A model generated the notes under the pieces. It saw only the letters and a program-made list of their open reading frames with translations, was not told where the DNA came from and ran no database searches. Made by a program: the position numbers and the translations under genes. A DNA stretch of 64,000 nt from Patescibacteria group bacterium (lineage in GTDB: Bacteria; Patescibacteriota; JABMPQ01): assembly GCA_041749335.1 (NCBI GenBank), contig JBGTBM010000009.1, positions 64,179-128,178 of the forward strand, written 5' to 3'. Below are positions 1-10,425 of the stretch, piece after piece (positions within the stretch are counted from its first letter, which is position 1; every line of letters starts with the position of its first letter).

Positions 1-747
1 TAAAATACTGTCAACTTCATCGATAATGGCATAATAATTTGATCGCTGCACTTTTTGCGAAATTTCTGAAACCATATTGTCCCGCAAATAATCAAAGCCA
101 AATTCGTTATTGGTGCCATAAGTTATATCCGCTTGATATGCCTCTTTTCTCGTTACCGGCCGTAAATAACTTTTTTCCACTTTAAAACTGCCAGTTTCGT
201 CTCTCTCCTGATCTCTCTCTGAACCTTCATCTACCCGCTCTTCCAAATAGTTTGGATCATATAAATAAGCGCTATTATGCTGAATACAGCCCACCGATAA
301 TCCCAAAGAATGATAAATTTGCCCCATCCAAACCGTATCTCTTTTTGCCAAATAATCGTTGACAGTTACCACATGGACGCCTTTGTTTTTCAAGGCGTTA
401 AGATACACCGGTAAGGTGCTCACTAAAGTTTTCCCCTCTCCGGTTTTCATTTCGATTATATTACCTTTGTGCAAAAAAAGTCCTCCCAATATCTGTACAT
501 CGTAATGGCGCATCCCGGTCACGCGCTGCGAGACCTCGCGCACGGTTGCAAAAGCTTCCGGCAATATTTCTTCGCAGGAAACTCCTTTTTTTAATTTCCC
601 CTGAAAATTTTTTGTTTTGGCTTTCAACTCTTCATCTTTTAACTTAGAAATTTCCATTTCCAGCGCGTTAATTTTTTCCACCACTGGCATATTTTGATCA
701 ATTAATTTCTGGTTGGGATCTCCAAATATTTTTGAAAATATTGACAT
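1..747 (-). CDS. secA: Preprotein translocase SecA, N-terminal part; gene continues beyond the window start
   Basis: Minus-strand translation from the ATG at 745-747 gives [30 protein letters not shown]...[35 protein letters not shown]. This is the canonical SecA N-terminal DEAD-like motor. There is no stop before position 1. Confidence 0.85.
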   Translation of the reverse strand, partial: MSIFSKIFGDPNQKLIDQNMPVVEKINALEMEISKLKDEELKAKTKNFQGKLKKGVSCEEILPEAFATVREVSQRVTGMRHYDVQILGGLFLHKGNIIEMKTGEGKTLVSTLPVYLNALKNKGVHVVTVNDYLAKRDTVWMGQIYHSLGLSVGCIQHNSAYLYDPNYLEERVDEGSERDQERDETGSFKVEKSYLRPVTRKEAYQADITYGTNNEFGFDYLRDNMVSEISQKVQRSNYYAIIDEVDSIL

Positions 748-811
748 TTAAATTTAATTAAATTTTTACAATACATTAATAATAGTATTCTACCGCAATC
801 CCGTCAACCAA

Positions 812-848
812 GAAAAAAGCCCTTAAAGTTTTTAGTTTAAAGGGCTTA
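812..848 (-). terminator. Putative rho-independent terminator downstream of the 923-1654 gene
   Basis: Imperfect hairpin AGCCCTTAAAG...TTTAAAGGGCT (818-847). On the minus strand it is followed by a U-run, the complement of the A-run at 813-818. Confidence 0.4.
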
Positions 849-922
849 TAGGGTAAACTACAAAAGGATCAAGTCATCAAGTATTCAATTATAATTTCTA
901 GGAAGAAACGACCCCAAAATCA

Positions 923-1654
923 TTATGGAGGCGGGCAGTTATAACTGTAGTCGAAGTGGAAACCATTCCGACCGAAATCGCCAAGAAATACAGTACAACC
1001 GTTTGAAATCAGAGTGCCAGTACGCGCGTATACACGTTCCAGCATGTATTCACCGGTTGCAAGGTAATTAAGGATAATAATGTAAACCAGCGCTCTTGCA
1101 CTGTTTTCTTCTGCGGAATCCAAGGGTAACTTATCCTGATTTCCCGGCCACTTAATACTTGTGGAATTAGGCACTAAATCCTTGCAAATTAGGCGCCACT
1201 GGGGCTTACTCTTTTCCTTAGCAAATTTTTCGGAGTTGAAGATAATGTCTTCGTGGGGAAAAAGGGTTTTATCAACCAACTTGCGTATCTCATAAATTGA
1301 GAGTCCAAAGTCAGCCACGAGAATATGGGTATTCCGAAATTTTCGCAAATTTTCGTCGGAAAGGGGAATCTTATCTAGAGCTTCAAACTGCTCGGCAGTC
1401 GGATCAATTTTGAAGTGCTTGACTGCTTCAGAAATGCCAAGAAAATTGGGTCCCATAATATCACGAGCCATTTGATGAAACACGCTAGTTTCTGGATCTG
1501 CCATTTCACGAATTTTATAAATTACCGCTCGCGCAATTTCCGGGTTTGAACGGAGATGTTGGAGATCAGCTCTATTGCCGCCGGCTTCCTGAAGAGCACG
1601 CAAAGTTTCATGTACCTCGTTATTTGGAGTACGAATGAGGCTTTCCTTTTTCAC
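923..1654 (-). CDS. Hypothetical protein, compositionally atypical (GC-rich relative to neighbours)
   Basis: 243-aa uninterrupted ORF. Local GC is visibly higher than the flanking AT-rich DNA. No recognisable family motif. Confidence 0.5.
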   Translation of the reverse strand: MKKESLIRTPNNEVHETLRALQEAGGNRADLQHLRSNPEIARAVIYKIREMADPETSVFHQMARDIMGPNFLGISEAVKHFKIDPTAEQFEALDKIPLSDENLRKFRNTHILVADFGLSIYEIRKLVDKTLFPHEDIIFNSEKFAKEKSKPQWRLICKDLVPNSTSIKWPGNQDKLPLDSAEENSARALVYIIILNYLATGEYMLERVYARTGTLISNGCTVFLGDFGRNGFHFDYSYNCPPP

Positions 1655-1842
1655 GGCTTTCCTCTTTTCTTGGTTGTTGGGCTTTTCTTCATTTTTAGAA
1701 GCGTTACCCAGTTAAAGGTGCGAACAGGAACTTATCAATACATTAAATATCTAACAAAATAATTTATCATTTATATTAATTCTGTCAATGATGAATATTA
1801 ATATTATATTTTATTAAATATTAAACCAAAAGCTTATTAATA

Positions 1843-1867
1843 CAAAAAGCGGGAGATAATCCCGCCC
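1843..1867 (-). terminator. Rho-independent terminator after hpf
   Basis: GCGGGAGATAATCCCGC hairpin (1849-1865) with a 6-bp GC-rich stem, followed on the minus strand by a UUUUU run. Confidence 0.55.
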
Positions 1868-1889
1868 TAATTATTAATAAAAGTAAATA

Positions 1890-2240
1890 TTATAATCCAG
1901 TTTCTTTTTCTATTATTCCTTTTATCCCCCTGCCTTTTCTTGGCCTTTCTTTATAACCCTTAATCTTTTCAATTCTTTTCTTCAGCTTGGGCACAACTAG
2001 GTCTATCGCTTCAAAAATATTCATAGCTTCCACGTCAGCCCGAATAGATTCACGCGGTAATTTTATTTGCACCTCGGCGCGAAATTTTTTTCCCGATTTC
2101 ATGCTTTTATCTTCAGCTAATTCTACCCATGATTCAATCACATTCTTCACATATTTATCTAATTTGCCAATCTTCTTATCAACATAGCTTTTAATATCAT
2201 CGGTTAACTCAATTTTTTTAGCTAGAAGTGTAATTTTCAT
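1890..2240 (-). CDS. hpf: Ribosome hibernation promoting factor / ribosome-associated inhibitor A family
   Basis: 116 aa, MKITLLAKKIELTDDIKSYVDKKIGKLDKY.... Typical HPF/RaiA N-terminus and size. Standalone gene between two terminators. Confidence 0.8.
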   Translation of the reverse strand: MKITLLAKKIELTDDIKSYVDKKIGKLDKYVKNVIESWVELAEDKSMKSGKKFRAEVQIKLPRESIRADVEAMNIFEAIDLVVPKLKKRIEKIKGYKERPRKGRGIKGIIEKETGL

Positions 2241-2279
2241 ATTTTATTATTAATTTATTATATTATAGCAAATTTTTGA

Positions 2280-2304
2280 TAAAAAAAGTAGGAAATTTCC
2301 TACT
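2280..2304 (-). terminator. Rho-independent terminator ending the mraY-murB operon
   Basis: Perfect palindrome GTAGGAAATTTCCTAC (2288-2303), followed on the minus strand by UUUUUUU (complement of 2281-2287). Confidence 0.5.
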
Positions 2305-2371
2305 TATAAATTCTCGCTTCTTTAAAATCATCAATGTTATTAATAAATTTCAATTGATAACACTAGATAAA

Positions 2372-3298
2372 TTATTCCACCAACTTTATTTCTTCTTCTA
2401 ATTCAATGCCATATTTAGCTTTTGCTTTAGCTTTTATCATTTTAATTAATTTTATTACATCCGAGGCCTTCGCATGATTAGTATTAATAATGAAATTTGC
2501 GTGTTTTTCCGATATTTTAGCCCCGCCAATACTTTTTCCCTTTAATCCTAGTTCTTGAATGATTCGAGCGGCCGGAACTTTGTTATGCACTTCAAATTCT
2601 TTCACTCTTAAATTTTTATTATGTTCAATATTCTTAAATACGCAGCCTGCGCTGGGATATTCATACGGCTGTTTTTCGTTTCTCTCTTTAATAATATTTC
2701 TAACTATTTTTTTTACTGCCGCCGGCGTGGACTTTTGCAATTTAATTATCGCATCAACAATTACGTATTCCCGATCTTTAATAATACTACCGCGATAGCT
2801 AAATTTAATCTCCCTTTTATTTAGTTTTTCTAATTTAAATTTTCCCCGCCTGTAAATAATCACGTTAATTGACTCCACTACATTAGCCATTTCATGACCA
2901 TAAGCTCCGGCGTTTCCCCTGATAGCGCCGCCTACCGAACCCGGAATACCAGCTAAATATTCTAATCCGGATAAGCCCTGTTTCGCGGATTTTAAAACTA
3001 GATCACGCAGATTAACTCCCGCGTCTACTTTTACTCTGTTTCCAATAAATTTAAGGTCCTTATTATTAATTTTTATCACCAGTCCGTTAAATCCCTTGTC
3101 AGCAAATAACAAATTACTCCCTCCGCCCAAAATAAAACGTTTTATATTATTTTTTTCACTATACTCCAAAGAGGTAATAATCTCATCTGTATTGCTCGCC
3201 TCAATATAATATTTGGCTCGCCCGCCAATTTTATAAGTGGTATGAGGAGCAATATCGTAATTCTTCTTTAACTTTTTTTGAAATTCTTTATTTTGCAT
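2372..3298 (-). CDS. murB: UDP-N-acetylenolpyruvoylglucosamine reductase
   Basis: 308 aa. FAD-binding N-terminus (ILGGGSNLL, GIPGSVGGAIRGNAGAYG) and MurB C-terminal domain. Position in the dcw cluster. Confidence 0.9.
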   Translation of the reverse strand: MQNKEFQKKLKKNYDIAPHTTYKIGGRAKYYIEASNTDEIITSLEYSEKNNIKRFILGGGSNLLFADKGFNGLVIKINNKDLKFIGNRVKVDAGVNLRDLVLKSAKQGLSGLEYLAGIPGSVGGAIRGNAGAYGHEMANVVESINVIIYRRGKFKLEKLNKREIKFSYRGSIIKDREYVIVDAIIKLQKSTPAAVKKIVRNIIKERNEKQPYEYPSAGCVFKNIEHNKNLRVKEFEVHNKVPAARIIQELGLKGKSIGGAKISEKHANFIINTNHAKASDVIKLIKMIKAKAKAKYGIELEEEIKLVE

Positions 3299-5774
3299 TG
3301 ATTAAATCGGCTAATTGGTCAGAAAGGTTTGTAATAGTACCGGCGCCCATGGTAATTATTACATCATTTTCCTTGATATTTTCTTTGAGATAATTAAAAA
3401 TATCTGTAATATTTCCCATATATTTTACCTTGTCTTTTTTTATCATCTCAACTAATTTTTGCGAACTGATATCAATATCCTCTTCTCGGCCCGCGACTTC
3501 ATAAATATCGGTAATTATTGTCATATTAGTATCATTAAACGCATTGCGAAAATCATTGAACAATTCTTTAGTTCTTTTCTTTTGATGGGGCTGATATACA
3601 CAGATTATTCTGGATTCTGGATATTTGTTTCGAGCAGCTTCTAATGTCGCCTTAACTTCAGTCGGATGATGAGCATAATCGTCTATAACAGTAATATTAT
3701 TTTTTTCCGCCTTTTTTTCAAACCTTCTCCAGGAGCCAGTATACTCCAGAAGTGACTTTTTAATTGAATCTATGCCGATATCAAGGCTTAATCCTAAGGC
3801 TATTGCTGCTAATGAATTATATATATTGAATTTTCCGGGAATGTTAAGTTTTATATTTTGATAAACATTATTTTTATAAACAACTCCAAAAACCGGAAAA
3901 CCTTCTTTATATCTAATATTTTGCGCCATAATATCAGCTTGATTATCAATACTATAAAATATCTTTTTGCATCGTGCCGCCCTTGATATTTCCATAATAT
4001 TTTTATCATCCTGATTGGCAATTAATATTCCGTCTTTTTCTATTCGACCAACATATTTTTTGAAGGCGATCAAATAATCAGTTAAATTTTTATAGATATC
4101 AGGATGTTCGTATTCCACTGAAGTTAAAATTACAATATCGGGATAATATTTTAAAAATGCCCTTTTGTATTCATCAGCTTCCAGTACAAAATATTTGCTT
4201 TGGCCCAATCTTGCATTTCCATTAAACTGCTTTACATTTGATCCCACGATCACGGTTGGATCGAGTTGTGCTTGCGCCATAATAACTGAAATAATTGCCG
4301 TAGTTGTCGTTTTACCATGACTGCCGGATATGCAAATGGAATATTTATCTTTTGTCAAAATTGAAAGTATTTGGGGATATGAAAGGCAGCCAATATTCAT
4401 TTTTTTAGCTTTAACAATATCCGGATTATTTTTTGCCGCCGCAACCGTGTAAATCAATAAATCTGTTTCAGCGTCAATTAAAGAGCATCCTTCTTCTCCG
4501 ATATTTATTTTAATCCCAATTTTATTGAGCTCTTGAGTAATTTTTGATTCGGCGATATCGCTGCCCGTAACTTTTGCATTTTGTTTTTTAAATAGTCTAG
4601 CTAGCGCGGAAACACCGATGCCGCCAATGCCGACAAAATGAACTTTTTTTATATTAGCTAAATTAATTTTATTTAAATTATATTCATCAATAATATCAGC
4701 AATATATATGCTCGCTGATATATTTGATAATTTTGCTATATTTTCCGCTAATAATTTTTGCTTATCGTTATCTGAAAATATTTCATTTATTATATTAAAT
4801 AATGTATCTCCGGTAAGTTCATTTTCATTTAATATCACCGCGGCTTTATTATCCGCAAAATACTTAGCATTTTCAATTTGATCGCCGCGGCTTCCTTTAA
4901 CTGATAACGGCACTAGAATAGTAGGTTTTTTATAAAAGGCGATCTCATTTAAAGCACTGGCTCCGGCTCGAGAGATAACCAAATCGGCAGTCGCCAAGGC
5001 ATTGCCCATTTCCTCGGCATAAAGATATGAATACAGATGATAATGAGATCCGATATCATTTTCTTTAATATGTTTTTCCAGTTTGTCAAAATTATTTTTG
5101 CCGCAAATATGGATAATTTGAAATTTTTCTATAAATTTATCTAAATATCTAATAACCGACTGATTGATGCTTTCCGCGCCTTGGCTGCCGCCTATTATTA
5201 AAATTATTTTTTTATCCGGCATTAATTTAAAATATTTTAATCCAGCCAATCTATCTCCCGATATTACATCCTGCGATATAGGAATTCCGGTATAGACTAC
5301 ATTCGATTTATCTTGAAAATATTTTATTGTTTTTTCAAATCCCAATAATATTTTATCAGCAAATTTAAATGCGATTCTGTTTGCTAAACCCGGAATAATA
5401 TCTGATTCATGCACAATGATTGGAATTCGCAAAAATTTTCCCGCAATAACAGGAGGCACGCTGACAAATCCACCTTTACTAAAAATTACTTCCGGTTGGA
5501 ATTTTTTAATAATAAAAAAAGATTGAATCACTCCAATCGGAATTTTAATTAAATCGACTAAATTATTAAATGAAAAATATCTGCGCAGCTTTCCCACTAA
5601 AATCGCTTTAAACTGAATGTTATTTTTATCTGCAATGGCTTGTTCAATGCTTTTTTTTGATCCAATCCACAAAAATTGATTATCTTCAATAGTATTTTTT
5701 TTTATTTCCTTGTACACAGCCTCAACCGGATAGGCATGTCCCCCTGTGCCTCCGCCTGTTAAAATTATTCGCAT
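3288..5774 (-). CDS. murG-murC: Bifunctional fusion: MurG glycosyltransferase (N-terminal ~365 aa) fused to MurC UDP-N-acetylmuramate--L-alanine ligase (C-terminal ~460 aa)
   Basis: The N-terminus carries MurG motifs: MRIILTGGGTGGHAYP...IIGGSQGAESIN. From about aa 370 the Mur ligase motifs appear: KKVHFVGIGGIGVSALA, ISGSHGKTTTTAIIS, DYAHHPTEVKATLEAAR. It is a single continuous 828-aa frame. Confidence 0.85.
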   Translation of the reverse strand: MRIILTGGGTGGHAYPVEAVYKEIKKNTIEDNQFLWIGSKKSIEQAIADKNNIQFKAILVGKLRRYFSFNNLVDLIKIPIGVIQSFFIIKKFQPEVIFSKGGFVSVPPVIAGKFLRIPIIVHESDIIPGLANRIAFKFADKILLGFEKTIKYFQDKSNVVYTGIPISQDVISGDRLAGLKYFKLMPDKKIILIIGGSQGAESINQSVIRYLDKFIEKFQIIHICGKNNFDKLEKHIKENDIGSHYHLYSYLYAEEMGNALATADLVISRAGASALNEIAFYKKPTILVPLSVKGSRGDQIENAKYFADNKAAVILNENELTGDTLFNIINEIFSDNDKQKLLAENIAKLSNISASIYIADIIDEYNLNKINLANIKKVHFVGIGGIGVSALARLFKKQNAKVTGSDIAESKITQELNKIGIKINIGEEGCSLIDAETDLLIYTVAAAKNNPDIVKAKKMNIGCLSYPQILSILTKDKYSICISGSHGKTTTTAIISVIMAQAQLDPTVIVGSNVKQFNGNARLGQSKYFVLEADEYKRAFLKYYPDIVILTSVEYEHPDIYKNLTDYLIAFKKYVGRIEKDGILIANQDDKNIMEISRAARCKKIFYSIDNQADIMAQNIRYKEGFPVFGVVYKNNVYQNIKLNIPGKFNIYNSLAAIALGLSLDIGIDSIKKSLLEYTGSWRRFEKKAEKNNITVIDDYAHHPTEVKATLEAARNKYPESRIICVYQPHQKKRTKELFNDFRNAFNDTNMTIITDIYEVAGREEDIDISSQKLVEMIKKDKVKYMGNITDIFNYLKENIKENDVIITMGAGTITNLSDQLADLINAK

Positions 5775-6913
5775 TATTTTCTATTTAAAAATACTGTTTT
5801 TCTTACTGGCTGCTCTTCGACGGTAAATTTTGAAATATTTATTAAAATTCCTACCCCCACCAGAGCGCATAATAAGGCAGTACCACCATAGCTGACAAAT
5901 GGCAGCGGAATTCCGGTTAAAGGGACTAAGGCTACCATAGCGGCAATATTTACAAACGCTTGATAAACAAACCAGGTTGTAATTCCCGTCGCAACCAATT
6001 TGCCAAATTTATCTGGAGCTTTTTTTGAAATTATAAACCCTCTATAGCCTAAATAGGCGAACATAAAAATAATCAATAATACCCTGATAAAGCCCAGCTC
6101 TTCAGAAATTATGGCAAATATTGAATCTCCGGTTGCTTCCGGCAAGTAATTATATTTTTGAATACTTTTACCCAACCCCCGTCCAAATAAACCGCCGGAA
6201 CCGATTGCCAATAATGCTTGATTAATTTGATAGCCAATCCCTTGAGGATCAATACTGGGATTAAGAAAAACTGTAAATCTAGCCATTCGATATGGCGCTA
6301 ATTTGATCAGTATTAAGACGATCATAATACCGGAAGCACCCAGCGCTAATAAATGCTTATAACTTGCTCCGGCGACAAAATATACTATAATTGCAGAAAA
6401 TATTATAACAGACATTGAGCCTAAATCCGGCTGCATCATAATTAATAGCCCGATTAATCCGATCACCGCGGTAAAAGGCAAAAATCCATATTTCCAATCG
6501 GTTATTCCCTTTTGCCTTTTCTCAAGCCAAGTGGCCAAGTATATAATAAAAGCCAACTTTACTATTTCAGTAGGCTGAATTGTAGAAAGTCCGGGCACGT
6601 TAATCCACCTGCGCGCTCCACCATGCTCAAAACCAAGACCGGGAATAAAAACTGCAACTAACAATAATAATGTAATAAATAACATTAAAGCTGCAAATTT
6701 TTTCCATATACGATAATCAATCTTAGAGACTATAATCATTAATATTAATCCGATCAAAGCCCCGTAAATCAGTTGATGCTTTAAATAATAATAATTGCTG
6801 GAAAAATTTTCATAAGACACTACCGCGCTGGCGGAAGACAGCATAATTAACCCGACTGTCAGTAAAACAAAAACTAAAATTATTAATATGTAATCTGGAT
6901 TGTGTTTTTTCAT
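5774..6913 (-). CDS. ftsW: SEDS-family peptidoglycan glycosyltransferase FtsW/RodA
   Basis: 379 aa polytopic protein with FtsW/RodA signature regions (GGARRWINVPGLSTIQPTEIVKLAFIIYLA). Lies between murD and murG. Confidence 0.85.
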   Translation of the reverse strand: MKKHNPDYILIILVFVLLTVGLIMLSSASAVVSYENFSSNYYYLKHQLIYGALIGLILMIIVSKIDYRIWKKFAALMLFITLLLLVAVFIPGLGFEHGGARRWINVPGLSTIQPTEIVKLAFIIYLATWLEKRQKGITDWKYGFLPFTAVIGLIGLLIMMQPDLGSMSVIIFSAIIVYFVAGASYKHLLALGASGIMIVLILIKLAPYRMARFTVFLNPSIDPQGIGYQINQALLAIGSGGLFGRGLGKSIQKYNYLPEATGDSIFAIISEELGFIRVLLIIFMFAYLGYRGFIISKKAPDKFGKLVATGITTWFVYQAFVNIAAMVALVPLTGIPLPFVSYGGTALLCALVGVGILINISKFTVEEQPVRKTVFLNRK

Positions 6914-8382
6914 TATTTGTTTTTATACGAACGCACTAATCTTTTAAATTCCTCTCCTCTTTGACGATAATCTTTAAACATATCAAAACTTTCACAGCCT
7001 GGAGATAATACTACTACATCGCCATTTTTGGCGGCTAAATAACTATTTGCAACTGCATCTTCAAGGCCATTGCATTTTTTAATTAATAATCTTTCATTTC
7101 CGGCCTTCTCTAACTCTTTCCTGACAGCATTTTCGATTTCTTGAGCCTTTTCACCAATCAAAAACAAAGCCTTTACATTATTTTTTACAATTTCTTGAGC
7201 TACTTCAATAAATTCATTTGTTTTACTGACTTTTCTAGTTCCACCGGCAATTAAAATAATTGGTGTTTTAAATGATTGTACTGCATTTTTTGGCCCATCA
7301 GGATTGCATGCCGAAGAATCTTCATAATATCTTACTCCTTTAATCTCTTCAAAAAATTCCAATCTGGATTTCATTCCTTTATAAGTAATAATGCCCTCTC
7401 TAATATTTTTAGTGCTTATACCCGCCACAAATGTAGCTAGCGAAGCAGCTAAGGCATTTTCTATATTATGAGGTCCCGGTATTAATAAATCCAGCGTTGA
7501 ACAAATTATATATTCTCTATCTTTATCTTTTAAAACTATATTATTATTTTTTATAAAACATCCATTTTCCAATATATTTTTACGACTAAAAAAATATGTT
7601 TTGGCATTACAATCTTCGGCGATCTTTTTAGTAGCATAATTATCATAATTTAAAATGGCATAATCGCCGGCGCCTTGATATTTTGTCAGACTTTTTTTTG
7701 TTTTAATATAATCCTCGTAGCTATCATGATCATCTAGATGATTCGGAGATATATTGGTAATAACCGCCACATGAGGAGATTTTTCCATATCAATTTTTAA
7801 CTGTCGGTTGCTTACCTCTATTGCCAATATATCGTCGGAATTCATTATATCCAGATCATCCAGGACTTGTTCATTTAACCTATCATTGCCAGTAAAAAAT
7901 ACTCTTTTTTTGCTTTTACTGATAATATTATTTATCAATCGTGACGTTGTTGACTTGCCCGAAGTTCCGGTAATCGCAATTATCGGACATGGCGCTAAAT
8001 TAAAATAAAGCTTGGTAATATTATAAAATGGTATTTTCTTCTGATATTTTTTTAACTCTTGATTATTTTCATATCGATACCAAGACTGCGGAACAAAAAT
8101 TATGTCCGCCTTTTTGATATCATTTAAATAAGTATCTTTAAAATTGTATGTTATCGGCAAATTGCTTAATTCTTTAAACATTTTTTTCTTTTCATTCTCG
8201 CTATATCCGTCATGAAATAAATTAAAGTTTTTTTGAAATTCCGATTCTAGACAAAAATCATGGGCAGTAATTTTTTTGTTTTTTATATTTTTAAATAAAA
8301 ATAACAAAACCGCAGAGCCTTCAGCGCCGGAAGCTCCTAAAATATGAATATTCTTTTTTTCAAATTTAATTAATTTTTTCAT
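6913..8382 (-). CDS. murD: UDP-N-acetylmuramoylalanine--D-glutamate ligase
   Basis: 489 aa. Mur ligase P-loop IAITGTSGKSTT and Mur ligase C-terminal domain. dcw context. Confidence 0.85.
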   Translation of the reverse strand: MKKLIKFEKKNIHILGASGAEGSAVLLFLFKNIKNKKITAHDFCLESEFQKNFNLFHDGYSENEKKKMFKELSNLPITYNFKDTYLNDIKKADIIFVPQSWYRYENNQELKKYQKKIPFYNITKLYFNLAPCPIIAITGTSGKSTTSRLINNIISKSKKRVFFTGNDRLNEQVLDDLDIMNSDDILAIEVSNRQLKIDMEKSPHVAVITNISPNHLDDHDSYEDYIKTKKSLTKYQGAGDYAILNYDNYATKKIAEDCNAKTYFFSRKNILENGCFIKNNNIVLKDKDREYIICSTLDLLIPGPHNIENALAASLATFVAGISTKNIREGIITYKGMKSRLEFFEEIKGVRYYEDSSACNPDGPKNAVQSFKTPIILIAGGTRKVSKTNEFIEVAQEIVKNNVKALFLIGEKAQEIENAVRKELEKAGNERLLIKKCNGLEDAVANSYLAAKNGDVVVLSPGCESFDMFKDYRQRGEEFKRLVRSYKNK

Positions 8383-8522
8383 ACTAATCTTATTATGAGA
8401 TAATAGCTAAAATTGCAATAATATTCAATATTATTTATATAATAATGCAAATTATTTGCCGATAAATAGTATATAAATAATTTAATATATCGCCTCTGTC
8501 CAATTATGTATTCGCTATAATA

Positions 8523-9299
8523 TTAAATCTTTTTAACTTTTATTTTTTTCCCGATCAATTTAGCGCCCATATGTCCGAATTTATTCGGTAAATCACTAGC
8601 ATAAAATTTGTTTTGGAATTTATTTTTAATATTTTGTCTATTTTGTATATAAATATATTTTTTTAATTGGCGGGCAGTTTCCAGCGAAGGATCAACAATT
8701 CTAACTTTTTTACCCATTATTTTAGCAATAATCCCTTTTAGTATAGGATAATGAGTACATGCTAAAACCAAGGTGTCAATATTTTTATTCTTAAAATAGG
8801 ATAAATAATGTTTAGCGATACTTAATGTTTCTTTTTTATTAATCCAATTTTCCTCAACCAAAGGTACAAATAAAGGACAAGCTTTATTGAATACTTTAAT
8901 TTTATGATTAAGATAGTATAAATAAGCTTGATGCGCACCGCTGTTGATCGTTGCTTCGGTTCCGATTACTCCAATGCGGCCATTTTTGGTTACCAATAGA
9001 GCTTTATTCAAACCAGAATCAATCACATCAAATATCGGCATATTGGGATACTTTTTTTTAAGTATCTTGGATGCTAAGGCCGAAGCAGTATGGCAAGCTA
9101 TCACAATAACTTTAGCGCCTTTACTTATTAAAAAATCAGTATTTTCAATTGAGTATTTAATAATATTATCTTTGCTTTTATTGCCGTAAGGAACACGAGC
9201 TGTATCGCCAAAATATATAATTTTATTGTGTGGCAATAATTTAATTATATGCCTAACTACGGTCAAGCCCCCTACGCCTGAATCAAATATACCAATCAT
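8523..9299 (-). CDS. murI: Glutamate racemase
   Basis: 258 aa, MIGIFDSGVGGLTVV...ACHTAS...LACTHYP. Carries both conserved MurI catalytic-cysteine regions. Confidence 0.85.
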   Translation of the reverse strand: MIGIFDSGVGGLTVVRHIIKLLPHNKIIYFGDTARVPYGNKSKDNIIKYSIENTDFLISKGAKVIVIACHTASALASKILKKKYPNMPIFDVIDSGLNKALLVTKNGRIGVIGTEATINSGAHQAYLYYLNHKIKVFNKACPLFVPLVEENWINKKETLSIAKHYLSYFKNKNIDTLVLACTHYPILKGIIAKIMGKKVRIVDPSLETARQLKKYIYIQNRQNIKNKFQNKFYASDLPNKFGHMGAKLIGKKIKVKKI

Positions 9300-9300
9300 A

Positions 9301-10362
9301 TTATCCTCCGGCGATTAAAGCAATTACCATTCCAACTGCTGCCGATACCAATGAAATAACCCAAAACCTCATAGTAACTTTTGTCTCCGGCCAGCCCTTG
9401 GCTTCAAAATGATGATGTATAGGAGTGCTAATAAATATTTTACGTTTAAATACTTTTTTCGAAAACATTTGAATAATAACCGATCCGGATTCAATTACTA
9501 AAGGAAGGCCGATTATAGGAAGTACGATAACGGAATTTGTCAGCATAGCTACTATTCCCAATGTTGTTCCTAATGACATTGCTCCTGTGTCGCCCATAAA
9601 AAATCTGGCGGGATAAATATTAAACCATAAAAAAGCTAAAATCGCCCCGGCGATAACACCACAAAAAGCAGCTAAGTCTACTCTCCCTTGTACAAATGCA
9701 ATCACAGCGTAAGATCCGAAACAAATCAACAATATTCCGCCGGCTAAACCGTCTAATCCGTCCGCTTCATTTACGGAAAAAGAAGTTGCCACTAGAATAA
9801 AAATAAACAATGGAATATACCACCAACCGATATTAAAATCTCCCACTCCGGGTATATGAATTACATCCCAGCCTAATTTATAATAAAACCACCAAGCTCC
9901 CACTACCGCAATTGCTATATATAAAAGCAGCTTATATTTCATACGCAATCCACCGCCCTTGGGGCCAATTTTAAAAACGTTCATAATATCATCAATTAAT
10001 CCTATTATTGCGGTTAAAACTAAAACTCCCAGCGGCAATAATGTCTCGGAACGAGTAAGAAAATTTAAAAAATTTGATGTAAAATTATTAAAAATGAAAT
10101 TAATCAGCATGAAAACCACCGCCAAGACCAATACGGTTACCCAAATCAATAAACCTCCCATAGTTGGCGTCCCCTCCTTTTTCATATGCATTTTAGTATA
10201 AACCGGCGCTCCAGATGTTCTAATGCTTTTCCCTAAACGATATTTAAACAATATATGAGTAAGCAAAGGAGACCATAAAAAAGCAATTGCAAAGGAAATT
10301 GCAGTTAATATTAATACCTTCATTACATTTTGGACCAATATTGGATCTTGTATTTCCCCCAT
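9301..10362 (-). CDS. mraY: Phospho-N-acetylmuramoyl-pentapeptide transferase
   Basis: 353 aa polytopic protein with the DDxxN/DGLDGLAGG motifs (NEADGLDGLAGG). First gene of the operon. Confidence 0.9.
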   Translation of the reverse strand: MGEIQDPILVQNVMKVLILTAISFAIAFLWSPLLTHILFKYRLGKSIRTSGAPVYTKMHMKKEGTPTMGGLLIWVTVLVLAVVFMLINFIFNNFTSNFLNFLTRSETLLPLGVLVLTAIIGLIDDIMNVFKIGPKGGGLRMKYKLLLYIAIAVVGAWWFYYKLGWDVIHIPGVGDFNIGWWYIPLFIFILVATSFSVNEADGLDGLAGGILLICFGSYAVIAFVQGRVDLAAFCGVIAGAILAFLWFNIYPARFFMGDTGAMSLGTTLGIVAMLTNSVIVLPIIGLPLVIESGSVIIQMFSKKVFKRKIFISTPIHHHFEAKGWPETKVTMRFWVISLVSAAVGMVIALIAGG

Positions 10363-10425
10363 GTTTGATAATATTTATTAAAATAATACCACCGATTATT
10401 ATGTTTGTCTAATATTTTTGTACCA

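Noticed and set aside
923-1654. Protein-kinase-like DFG tripeptide (HILVADFGLS) in the GC-rich orphan protein
   Set aside because: No glycine-rich loop, no VAIK lysine and no HRD catalytic loop. An isolated DFG is insufficient.
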